A stretch of 37,180 bases of DNA from Malacoraja senta (Eukaryota): contig JAXLNO010000393.1 in assembly GCA_038087875.1 (NCBI GenBank), positions 1 through 37,180 on the forward strand, in the 5' to 3' direction. The stretch's first letter is position 1. The number at the start of each line of letters is the position of its first letter. Under the pieces are notes generated by a model. It worked only from the letters and a program-made list of their open reading frames with translations, had not been told where the DNA came from and did not search any database. Made by a program: the position numbers and the translations under genes. Below, one piece after another: positions 25,778 to 36,611 of this stretch.

Positions 25778-26962
25778 GGCCTTAATGACCCAGTACAGGC
25801 CCAGGCCTGCTACCTCCAGGCCCACGGCCTCCCTCCCCCCGACCCCTGCCCACACTCCTGGCCTCCCTACCTACCCTGGCCGGCTGAAGGGGCCGAGTCG
25901 GACTCTGGCCTGTCCCTGGACTCCAGCCCTGAGGCCTGGGCAGGGCCGGTGTCCTGGTGGAGCAGCGCGCAGGCCCAGGCTTCGCTCGGCCCCAACCTCC
26001 AGCCAGGCCCCGGCCTCGAGCTGGGCCCGAAGCCTGAGGCGAGTCTTAGTGCTCAGCCGGGCCTGAAGCACAAAGTAGGCCTCGACTTCCAGGGGCCTGA
26101 GCTAGGCCTGAGCTCCCGCCTAGGCCTCAACTTCCAATCAGGCTCGAAACCGCAGCTCAGCCCAAGACTGTATCTCGACCTCCAGCGGAGCCTCGTGTCC
26201 CGTCAAGGCCTCAACCTGCAGCTGGGCCCGACGTCCTGGCTAGGCCCGGATCCTGAGGTAGGCCTCAACTGTGAACCGGACCTAGGCCTCAATCAGCAAC
26301 CAGGCTTGGAGCCTAAGGTAGGCCCGATCTCCAGACTAGGCCGGCAGCCCGAGACAGGCCTCGACCTCTACCCGGGCCTGGAGCCCGAGGTAGGCCTCAA
26401 CTGTGAACCAGGCCTGGGGCCCGAGCTAGGCCTGATCTCGCGGCTAGGCCCAAAGCCTGAGGTAGGCCCCAACTGCGAAGTAGGACTGGGCCCGCGCAGG
26501 AACACGGTCTGCTCCAGGGACGAAAGAAGGGCCCGGGCCTTGCGGATGCCGGTGGCTGCGGAGGCCCTGGTCAGCCTGCCGGTCGACGCCTACAATGAGT
26601 TGCTCTCCCACCACAGGCTCAGCTCGGCCCAGCTAGCCTTGGCCCGTGACATCCGACGCCGGGGCAAGAACAAGGTGGCGGCCCAACACTGCAGGCGACG
26701 CAGGCTGGAGGGCCTGGTCAGGCTCCAGGGCGAGCTGGGAGGCCTCAGGAGGCAGCAGGCCCTGCTGGAGGGCGAGAGGGAGGAGGTGGGCGAGGCGCTG
26801 CACCAGGCCCGGATCAGCCTGGACCAGCTAGGCCGCAGCCTCCTGGCCGGCCTGCGGGATGCCCTGGGGAGGCCCTACCGCCGGGGGGAGGTGTCTCTGA
26901 GGCTGGGGGAGGACGGGGTGGTGTTTCTGGTGAAGAGGGAGGTGGAGGGAGAGGAGGGGTGA
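25778..26962 (+). CDS. NFE2: CNC-bZIP transcription factor NF-E2 p45, terminal coding exon
   Basis: tttcag|GLND start (human GLNA), ESDSGLSL motif, CNC domain SRDERRARALRMP..LPVDAYNELL..LARDIRRRGKNKVAAQHCRRRRLE, leucine zipper, and LRD..G.PY / DG.VFLV tail. A short N-terminus and divergent linkage to COPZ1 favour NFE2 over NFE2L1/2/3. Confidence 0.92.
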   Translation, partial: GLNDPVQAQACYLQAHGLPPPDPCPHSWPPYLPWPAEGAESDSGLSLDSSPEAWAGPVSWWSSAQAQASLGPNLQPGPGLELGPKPEASLSAQPGLKHKVGLDFQGPELGLSSRLGLNFQSGSKPQLSPRLYLDLQRSLVSRQGLNLQLGPTSWLGPDPEVGLNCEPDLGLNQQPGLEPKVGPISRLGRQPETGLDLYPGLEPEVGLNCEPGLGPELGLISRLGPKPEVGPNCEVGLGPRRNTVCSRDERRARALRMPVAAEALVSLPVDAYNELLSHHRLSSAQLALARDIRRRGKNKVAAQHCRRRRLEGLVRLQGELGGLRRQQALLEGEREEVGEALHQARISLDQLGRSLLAGLRDALGRPYRRGEVSLRLGEDGVVFLVKREVEGEEG

Positions 26963-27065
26963 GGGGAAAGGAGAGAGGAATGGTCGCCAGATTGGTTTGT
27001 CCCATACGGGACCGCCCTTGTCCCGTATTTGACCGCTACCACTAATGGTCGGGGGGGACTGTCGG

Positions 27066-28797
27066 GCCAACCCCAACTCAACCCACCCCAACTCAACCCA
27101 ACCCATCACAACCACTCAACCCAACCCTACTCAAGCCAACCCTACTCATCGCAACCAAACTCAACCCAACCCTACTCAAGCCAACCCAACTCATCGCAAC
27201 CAAACCCAACCCAACCCAACCAAACTCAACCCAACCCTACTCAAGCCAACCCTACTCATCGCAACCCAACCAAACTCAACCCAACCAAACTCAACCCAAC
27301 CCTACTCAAGCCAACCCTACTCATCGCAACCAAACTCAACCCAACCCAACCAAACTTAACCCAACCCTACTCAAGCCAACCCTACTCATCGCAACCAAAC
27401 TCAACCCAACCCAACCCAACCAAACTCAACCCAACCCATCCCAACCAAACTCAAGCCAACCCTACTCATCGCAACCAAACTCAACCCAACCCAACCAAAC
27501 TCAACCCAACGCCACCCATCCCAACCCAACAACCCATCCCAACGAAATTCAACTCAACCCAACTCAACTGAAACTCTGTCTCTCTCTCTCTCTGTCTCTC
27601 AGTCTTTCTCCGTCTCCCCTCTCTGTCTGTCTCTCTCTTTCTCCCTCCGTCTCTCTCTCTCTCTGTGTCTTTCCCGCTCTGTCTCTCTGTGTGTGTCTCT
27701 CCCCCTCTGTAATCATGTGGTCTTTCCGCTGACTGGATAGCATGCAACAAGAAAGCTTTTCACCGTACATTCCAATTCCTAACCCTAACCTTAACCCAAC
27801 CAAACTCAACGCATCCCAACCCAACCCAACCGAACCCATCCCAACTCAGCCCATCCAAACGTAACCCAACTGAAACTCTCTCACTGTCTGTGTGTGTGTC
27901 TCTCTCTCTGTCTGTGTGTGTCTCTGTCTTTCTGTGTCTGTCTGTGTGTGTATCTCTCTCTCTCTGTCTCTCTGTGTGTCTCTCTCCCTCTCTGACACTG
28001 TCTATCTCTATCTGTCTTTCTCGCTCTGTGTGTGTCTCTCACTGTCTTCTCTCTCTGGGACTCATCATTGGTCACCCAGCCACGGCCGAGTGGGTCAACC
28101 CAACCCAACCCAACTCAACTCAAACCCAACCCAGCCCAACTCAACCCATCCCAACCCCACTCAACCCAACTCAACCCCAACCAAACTCATCCCAACCCCA
28201 CTCAACCCAACTCCAACCAAACTCATCACAACCCAACTCAACCCATCCCAACCCCACTCAACCCAACCCCACTCAATCCCAACCAAACTCATCACAACCC
28301 AACTCAACCCATCCCAACCCCACTCAACTCAACCCCAACCAAACTCATCACAACCCAACTCAACCCATCCCAACCCCAACCAAACTCATCCCAACCCAAC
28401 TCAACCCATCCCAACCCCACTCAACTCAACCCAACTCAACCCCAACCACTCATCCCAACCCCTCAACCCAACCCCTCAACCCAACCCCAACTCAAACCCA
28501 ACCCAACCCCACTTCCATCCAAACCAAACTCAACCCAACTCAAACCCAACCCAACCAAACTCATCCCAACCCAACCCCACTCAACGCAACCCAACTCAAT
28601 GCAACCCAACCCAACCCTGTATCTCTGTGTGTGTGTGTGTGTCTCTCTCTCTGTCTCTCTCACTGTCTTGTCTCTCTGGGACTCTGTGTGTGTGTGTGTC
28701 TCTCTCTCTCTCCCTGTGTTTCTCTCCCTATCTTTCTGTGTCTCTCTCTCTCTCTCTGTGTCTCTGACTGTCTATCTCTCTATGTTTTTCTGTGTGT

Positions 28798-28833
<36 letters not shown>

Positions 28834-29060
28834 GTCTTGTCTCTCTGGGACTCAACATCGGTCACCCAGCCACGTCCGAGTCGGTCAACTCAACCCAAAC
28901 AAACTCAACTCAAACCCAACCCAACCCTGTCTTTCTCTGTGTGTGTGTGTGCCTCTGCCTATCTTGTCTTTCTCTCTGTGTCTCTCTCTCACTGGGACTC
29001 ATCATTGGTCACCCAGCCATGGCCGAGTGGGTCAACCCAACCCAACCCACCCCAACTCAA
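27066..29060. repeat. (CCAAC)n-type pentamer tracts alternating with CT/GT microsatellites and a ~50-bp core
   Basis: Core CTGGGACTCATCATTGGTCACCCAGCCACGGCCGAGTGGGTCAAC at about 28056, 28845 and 28992, and again at about 29861 and 30063. Confidence 0.9.
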
Positions 29061-29778
29061 GGGAAAGTACCCCTGGTACTTTCCCTTGCAACCGCAAGAG
29101 ATGCAACATTTGTCCCTTCACCTCCCCCCTCCCTCGACTCCATCCAAGGACCCAAGCAGTCGTTCCAGGTGCGACAGAGGTTCACCTGCATCTCCTCCAA
29201 CCTCATCTATTGCATCCGCTGCTCTAGATGCCAGCTGATCTACATCGGTGAGACCAAGCGGAGGCTTGGCGATCGTTTTTCGCCCAACACCTCCGGTCGG
29301 TCCGCAATAACCTACCTGAACTCCCGGTGGCTCAGCAACTTCAACTCCCCCTCCCATTCCGTATCTGACCTCTCTGTCCTGGGTCTCCTCCATGGCCACA
29401 GCGAGCAACACCGGAAATTGGAGGAAATGCACCTCATATTCCGCTTGGGGAGTCTACATCCTGGGGGGCTTGAACATTGAATTCTCCCAACTCTGCTAGC
29501 CCTTGCTGTCCCCTCCCCTTCATCAGCCCTCTGGTTGTCTCCTCACCTCCCCCAGCCCTCGGGCTCCTCCTCCGCCTTTTTCCCTTTTTTCCTTTCTTCT
29601 CCCCACCCCCTATCAGTCTGAAGAAGGGTTTCGGCCTGAAACGTTGCCTATTTCCAGAAGGGTTTCGGCCCGAAACGTTGCCTATTTCCAGAAGGGTTTC
29701 GGCCCGAAACGTTGCCTATTTCCTTCGCTCCATAGATGCTGCTGCACCCGCTGAGTTTCTCCAGCATTTTTGTGTACC
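29061..29778 (+). mobile_element. Penelope-like retroelement 3' fragment (GIY-YIG endonuclease plus terminal repeat)
   Basis: PGTFPCNRKRCNICPF; FTCISSNLIYCIRCSRCQLIYIGETKRRLGDRF; LEEMHLIFRLGSLHPGGL. Frameshifted, and followed by CTGAAGAAGGG..GAAACG. Confidence 0.9.
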
Positions 29779-30259
29779 CACCCCAACTCAACCCTGTCTC
29801 TGTCTTTCTCTGTGTGTGTCTCTCTCTGCCTATCTTGTTTTTCTCTCTCTGTGTCTCTCACTGGGACTCATCATCGGTCACCCAGCCACGAGTCCGTCAA
29901 CCCAACCCAACCCAACGTAACCAAACTCAGCTCAACCCAACCTAACTCTGTGTGTGTGTGTGTGTGTCTATCGTTCTCTCTCACTGTCTATCTTTCTCTC
30001 ACTGTCTCTTTCTCCCCCCTGTCTTTCTCTCTGTGTCTCTCTCTCACTGTCTCTTGTCTCTCTGGGACTCATCCTCGTCCACCCAGCCACGGTTGAGTAG
30101 GTCAACGAATTGCCGTGGGGAATTTGTCCCTCATTTGGGAGTGAGCGGGAACGTTGGCGAACATGCATCTCTGATGTTGATATTAAATATATTTCTTAGC
30201 AAAAAATGCCGCCAGCCTTATTCATTTGCTCAGAAATTGGGAGGTTATACAGGTCAATG

Positions 30260-31310
30260 AAAATAGGTGCAGGAGTAGGCCATTCGTCCCTTCGAGCCAG
30301 CACCGCCATTCAATGTGATCATGGCTGATCATCCCCAATCAGTACCCGTTCCTGCCTTCTCCCCATATCCCCTGACTCTCTCTCGCTATCTTTAAGAGCC
30401 CTATCTAGCTCTCTCTTGAAAGAATTCTCTCCAGAGAACCGGCCTCCTCCGCCCTCTGAGGCAGAGAATCCCACAGATTCACAACTCTCTGGGTGGAAAA
30501 GTTTCCCCTCGTCTCCGTTCTAAGTGGCCAACCCCTTATTCTTAAACTGTGTGTGTGTGGCCCCTGGTTCTGGACTCCCCCAACATGGGGAACATGTTTC
30601 CTGCCTCTAGCGTGTCCAAACCCTTAATAATCTTATATGTTTCAATAAGATCCCCTCTCATCCTTCTAAACTCCAGAGTGTACAAGCCCAGCCGCTCCAT
30701 TCTCAGCATATGACAGTCCCGCCATCCCGGGAATTAACCTGAACCTACGCTGGGCTCCCTCAAGAGCAAGGATGTCCTTCCTCAAATTAGGTGACCAAAA
30801 CTGTACACAATACTCCAGGTGTGGTCTCACCAGGGCCCTGTACAACTGCAGAAGGACCACTTTGCTCCTATATTCTTGTTATAAAGGCCAACATGCCATT
30901 GGCTTTCTTCACTGCCTGCTGTACCTGCATGCTTACTTTCATAGACTGATGAACAGGACCCCCAGATCCCGTTGTACTTCCCCTTTACCAACTTGACACC
31001 TTTCAGATAATAATCTGCCTTCCTGTTTTTGCTACCAAAGTGGATAACCTCACATTTATCCACATTAAACTGCATCTGCCCGCTCCCCCAACCTGTCCAA
31101 GTCACCCTGCATTCTCATAGCATCCTCCTCACAGTTCACACTGCCACCCAGCTTTGTGTCATCTGCAAATTTGCTAATGTTACTTTGAATCCCTGCATCC
31201 AAATCATCGATGTATATTGTAAATAGCTGCGGTCCCAGCACCGAGCCTTGCGGTACCCCACCAGTCACTGCCTGCCATTCTGAAAGGGACCCGTTAATCC
31301 CTACTCTTTG
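30260..31310 (-). mobile_element. CR1-type LINE RT fragment with 3' tail
   Basis: SEWQAVTGGVPQGSVLGPQLFTIYIDDLD..ISKFADDTKLGG and [17 protein letters not shown]; frameshifted. Confidence 0.93.
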
Positions 31311-31359
31311 TGGCCTGCGACTAGTGGTGGGCCCTTTACCGTTTGTCATCTACATCAAT

Positions 31360-31397
<38 letters not shown>

Positions 31398-31806
31398 CAA
31401 TCAATCAATGCATATCAGTCTCTCTCTCTGCGTCTCAGAAACAGGGGAGAGACAGAGGGATGGAGGAAATAGAGGGAAGAGAGATGGGAGAGACAAGAGA
31501 GGGGGAAGACAGAGAGGAAAGAGATATGGGAGACAGGGGAGGAAAGAGGGAGAGGGAAAGAGACAGGGAAAGAGAGCGAGAGGGGAGATATGGGAGGAAG
31601 AGAAAGACAGAGGGGGAAGAGAGGGGAGGTGAGATTGGAGAGAGCGAGAGGGGCAGAGAGACAGGGGGTAATAATCTGCCTTCGTGTTTTTGCCACCAAA
31701 GCCCAGCCGCCCCATTCTGGCCTCTCTCCCACCGGCTACCGGCACGGCTCATTGTGGTTTTAAGGTTCTCCCTCTTAGTCTATAAAGCACTTGGGTAGAC
31801 AACATC

Positions 31807-31965
31807 GGCAGCATCTATGGAGCAAAGGAAATAGGCAACGTTTCGGGCCCGAAACGTTGCCTATTTCCTTCGCTCCATAGATGCTGCCCACCCGCTGAGT
31901 TTCTCCAGCAATTTTGTCTACCTTCGATTTTCCACATATGCAGTTTTCTTAAAACAGAGCAAGCA
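31807..31965. mobile_element. Penelope-like terminal fragment with an 82-bp palindrome
   Basis: 31807-31847 is the reverse complement of 31848-31888 with one mismatch. The sequence matches 29703-29770. Confidence 0.85.
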
Positions 31966-32117
31966 CTTTTATTTTTAAACCTAGTCGACCCGTCCCCCTG
32001 CACACACACACATTTGAATACATATCAGTCTCTGTTTCAGTAAATCTGAAGAAGGGCCTCGACCCGAAACGTCGACCGTCCCTTCTCTCCAGAGAACAAA
32101 CTTAACACCAGGCAACA

Positions 32118-32285
32118 GCAGTGTTTCCAGAGAGATCTTTATTGCGATACAGACAGAAACATGAACTGTACAACAGCTACAAGGAGAAAATACATGGTAT
32201 TAAGAGTGAAGTATCCTCTCTCCACAGAAGAGAGGGGTGCGTGTGTGTGTGTCCGTGTCTCAGGGTAAAATCCATCACCATTCTC
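32118..32285 (-). other. Candidate terminal (3' UTR) exon of a convergent gene, possibly HNRNPA1 by synteny
   Basis: Minus-strand acceptor ctcattttgttaccccaacag| at 32286, AATAAA at 32143-32138, a GU-rich downstream stretch, and unique sequence. Confidence 0.55.
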
Positions 32286-32551
32286 CTGTTGGGGTAACAA
32301 AATGAGAGCGTGTTATGACAGTAAATATTATGCAGACGTTATAACCACACAGTCTCTGCTACCCCCTGTAACTCACAAGGATGAGAGGGGGGTCTTATAG
32401 AGACATATAAAAGGGCTAGATGGGGCATGTTTCCACACTGTATCACTCTCCGACTCTTTAAGACAATCTTAAGGGATCGGACAGGCTAGATGCAGGGAAA
32501 ATGTCCCCCGTGTTGGGGGGAGTCCAGTTACAATTTGCATCGATACCGAAC

Positions 32552-32660
32552 CCAATTAACCTACAAACATGCACGTCTTTGGAGTGTGGGAGGAAACCCA
32601 CGCGGGTCACGGGGAGGGAATGTGCAAACTCCGTACAGACAGCACACGTAGCCAGGATCC
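32552..32660 (-). mobile_element. V-SINE (HE1-like) fragment
   Basis: Minus strand reads GTTTGCAC..CCCCGTGACC..GGTTTCCTCCCACACTCCAAAGACGTGCA.GTTTGTAGGTTAATTG, the V-SINE core. Confidence 0.75.
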
Positions 32661-33712
32661 TTCCAGAGTGGAAACCCTCTTATTCCTTCCTTCCCACCCT
32701 CTCTCCTTCTCCCTCCCCGAAGTTTGTGGCCAGAGCGCTGTGGAAAGCCTGTAGTGCTACAGGTGGAAGCGCGAAGCGCTATAATTAAAGCCCTTAGCGC
32801 TGTTCGTTTAAATCCCCACGCGCTTAATTAAACTGAGAGTTGTTTAAACCTGGGGCGTGCCAGGCCAAGTGTACAAAAACAAGCATCCAGATCTCGAAAT
32901 TTAAAACACTAATAGATTAAAGTGCCTGCCCCTCTTTCCCAACCTCTGCCCTTGACTCGTACTCATGGCATGGTGCTCACGAGGTCTTAGGTGCGCGTGG
33001 CATCAAATAGGTCGCGGCGTTTTTTTATAAAGCCTGATGAAAAATGTCCACGAGTTAAAAAAAAGGTCGTGAAAGTGGGACGGGCCCTATAATCCGGACT
33101 TACACGGTGGTTCGACTTTTTATACCCTCGCATTTTTTAAGCAGCAAGATGCAACAGGAAGCCCGGGCCGAATTTAAAAAAAAATCCGTACATCTGTATT
33201 CTTATGGCATTTCCGTACAAAATACAGAAAACTACTTGGCAGCTCTGGCTTATGCTGAAGCTGTTTTTCTGCGGATCAAGCGCCTGTTCTATTTACCCAG
33301 TTGACGCAGATTATAATCTTATAGATTAAAACTCTTATAATCTAATGTGCGTCAACTAGATTAAAAAGCCGTGTGTCTGAACATTCTCCCGTTTATATGT
33401 GGGAACTACACTCCCCCCACCCACCCGCAGGACCTAAACACCAGGAGGCACCGATCCAGAATCAGCAACATTATGGGGGACCCCTACCACCCCAGCAACG
33501 GACTGTTCCAGCTGCTACGGTCAAGCAAACGCCTCCCGTCTACGCTGTGAGGAGACGTAGTGTTTCTTCCCACAGGCCATCAGGACTGTAAACTCTGATC
33601 TCACCAGGGACTAATTTACTGTGCCGGTTTATTGGTGTGTCTTTTTGTAAAGGATTCTTTGCTAACATGTAAATACCGATTCTGTTCTGTATTTTTTAGC
33701 ACAATCCGCAGG

Positions 33713-34515
33713 ACAATAGGCGCAGGAGTAGGCCATTCGAGCCAGCACCGCCATTCAATGTGATCACCCCCAATCAGTACACCGTTCCTGCCTTCTCCCC
33801 ATATCCCCTGACTCCGCTATCTTTAAGAGCCCTATCTAGCTCTCTCTTGAAAGCATCCAGAGAACCGGCCTCAGGCAGAGAATTCCACAGACCCACCATT
33901 CTCTGTGAGAAAAAGTTTCTCCTCGTCTCGGTCCCAAATGGCCACAGATTCACAACTCTCTGGGTGGAAAAGTTTCTCCTCATCTCAGTCCCAAATGGCC
34001 ACCGATTCGCAACTCTCTGGGCGGAAAAGTTTCTCCTCATCTCAGTCCCAAATGGCCGACCCCTTATTCTTAATCTGTGTGTGTGTGGCCCCTGGTTCTG
34101 GACTCCCCCAACATCGGGAACATGTTTCCTGCCTCTAGCGTGTCCAAGCCCTTAATAATCTTATATGTTTCAATGAGATACCCTCTCATCCTTCTAAACT
34201 CCAGAGTGTACAAGCCCAGCCGCTCCATTCTCTCAGCATATTCCCATCCCGGGAATTAACCCGGTGAACCTACGCTGGGGGCTCCCTCAATAGCAAGGAT
34301 GTCCTTCCTCAAATTAGGGGACCGAAACTGTACACAATACTCCAGGTGTGGTCTCACCAGGGCCCTATACAACTGCAGAAGGAACCTCTTTGCTCCTATA
34401 TTCGATTCCTCTTGTTATAAAGGCCAACAGGCCATTGGAAGGACCCCCAGATCCCGTTGTACTTCCCCTTTCCCAACTTGACACCATCTGCCTTCCTGTT
34501 TTTGCTACCAAAGCC
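33713..34515 (-). mobile_element. Degenerate CR1-type LINE 3' fragment
   Basis: Reverse complement of the 6517-7232 family, including the ~58-bp tandem duplication; NSLPEAGSLDAFKRELDRALKDSGVRGYGEKAG. Confidence 0.88.
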
Positions 34516-34961
34516 CAGCCGCTCCATTCTGGCCCCTCTCTTCACTGGCTGCCAGTACGGTTCAGAGTTGGTTTTTAAGGTTCTGTTTGTCTATAAAGCC
34601 CTTCGTACCTGTGTGCTGTGCGTGTGTTTCTTTTTGTGATTTGAGATACCTGCTCTGCTCTGTAGAGCGCTTTGGGCAACGTGGGTTGTTTTATATGGCT
34701 ATGCTGAAGCTGTTTTTCTGCAGATCAAACACTTGTTGTTTTTACCTAGACGCATTATCTTATAGATCAAAGAGCACGAGCCATGTGTCTGAATATTCTC
34801 CTGATGTTTATGATGAGGAAAACGTCTGTGCTGTTATCTCGCTAGTGTTATGGAACAAGGGTGAAAACATTTTTTGTTCTGATGCTGTAGCCTTGCTCGG
34901 GTGAAAATATCCATTTTATTGCTGCTAAATCCATTTTGTAACAGTCACATCTTTATGTTAA

Positions 34962-35312
34962 CACCACTCCACCTCCAGGCCCCTCAGATCGGCCGACTTG
35001 GGGTTGCTGAATATCCCACGGTCTAGGCAGAAGCTCAGGGGCGACCGGGCCTTTGTGGTTGCAGCCCCTAGACTGTGGAACAACATCCCCCTTCCCATCA
35101 GAACTGCCCCCTCCATCGACTCCTTTAAGTCAAGACTAAAAACGTATCTATACTCCCAAGCCTTTCCTGACGTCCTCTGAGTGAGGGCTACATGTATATA
35201 TGGATGTATGTAGTTTGTTTGTTTGTGCTATTCTTATAACAAATGTAAAGGACTTTGGCCAACGAGAGTTGTTTGTTAAATGTGCTATATAAATAAATGT
35301 GTCTTGACTTGA
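34962..35312 (+). mobile_element. L2-type LINE 3' end
   Basis: GDRAFVVAAPRLWNNIPLPIRTAPSIDSFKSRLKTYLY, then AATAAA and a GACTT repeat tail. Confidence 0.8.
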
Positions 35313-35811
35313 ATCACTTACTTATTTATTGAACTCTGAGATGCAACTATTATTATTTCTACACTATATTAGTTATTTATTGAACTTTTTTTTCTCTCTT
35401 CCCTCGTTGTATACAATGTTTACATGTTCACTCTTTCTGTGGTGCTGCAGCAAGCAAGAATTTCATTGTCCCGTCCAGGACATACAACAATAAAATACTC
35501 TTTGACTTGGATTTCTCATCTTAAACCTTATTGCCAACTATTATAAGTTAGAATAACTAAATCAGAACTTACTCCCATTTAAAAAAATATATGTATGTAT
35601 ATAAATAAATGTGACTCGACTCGACTTGTAAATTAAAAATCGTCTTTTCAAACCCTGAACTCACGTAGGGGACAAGGCAATGTACAGTTTTTATTTTTTC
35701 ATTAAAAACTGCTTTTTAGGGATGCCTTTAATCAAAATTTCAAGTTGCGAGAAGGTGCCTTATTCCCCATACGAACCAGCAGAATTTTCCCTACCGATAT
35801 GTGGTTTAAAT

Positions 35812-36326
35812 GCATCCCAGGAATCAGTCTGGTGAACCTTCTCTGCACTCCCTCTATGGCAAGAATGTCCTTCCTCAGATTTGGTGACCAAAACTGTACG
35901 CAATACTCCAGGTGTGGTCTCACCAAGACCCTGTACAACTGCAGTAGAACCTCCCTGCTCCTATACTCAAATCCTGTTGCTATGAAGGCCAACATACCAT
36001 TGGCTTTCTTCACTGCCTGCTGCACCTGCATGCCCACTTTCAATGACTGGTGTACCATGACACCCAGGTTTCGTTGCATCTCCCCTGTTCCTAATCGGCC
36101 ACCATTTAGATAATAGTCTGCTTTCCTGTTTTTGCCACCAAAGTGGATAACCTTACATTTATCCACATTATACTGCATCTGCCAAACATTTGCCCACTCA
36201 CCCGGCCTATCCAAGTCACCTTGCAGTCTCCTAGCATCCTCCTCACAGCTAACACTGTCCCCCAGCTTAGTGTCATCCGCAAACTTGGAGATGTTGCCTT
36301 CAATTCCCTCGTCCAGATCATTTATA
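35812..36326 (-). mobile_element. CR1-type LINE RT fragment (open frame, distinct subfamily)
   Basis: INDLDEGIEGNISKFADDTKLG...[38 protein letters not shown]. Confidence 0.93.
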
Positions 36327-36350
36327 TTGTAATAGTCTAGTGTACAGTCG

Positions 36351-36611
36351 AGGGCCTTTGCGGTTGCAGCTCCTAGACTGTGGAACAGTATCCCCCTTCC
36401 CATCAGAACTGCCCCCTCCATCGACTCTTAAGTCAAGACTAAAGACGTATCTATACTCCCAAGCCTTTCCTGACGTCCTCCGAGTGAGGGCTACATGTAT
36501 ATATGTATGTAGTTTGTTTGTTTGTGCTATTCTTATAACAAATGTAAAGGACTTTGGCCAACGAGAGTTGTTTGTTAAATGTGCTAGAGAAATAAATGTG
36601 ACTTGACTTGA
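36351..36611 (+). mobile_element. L2-type LINE 3' end, second copy
   Basis: Near-identical to 35047-35312. Confidence 0.8.

Noticed and set aside
25778..26962. Assignment as NFE2L1, NFE2L2, NFE2L3 or BACH
   Set aside because: No DLG/ETGE, N-terminal membrane domain or BTB exons were seen. The GLN exon start and COPZ1 linkage fit NFE2; a phylogeny would be decisive.
27029..29060. Mucin-like TQPNP ORFs
   Set aside because: Translations of CCAAC pentamer tracts downstream of the NFE2 stop.
35732..36421. 229-aa RT-like ORF as an active or domesticated gene
   Set aside because: A truncated CR1 fragment fused by chance to antisense L2 sequence; it lacks the endonuclease and most of the RT.
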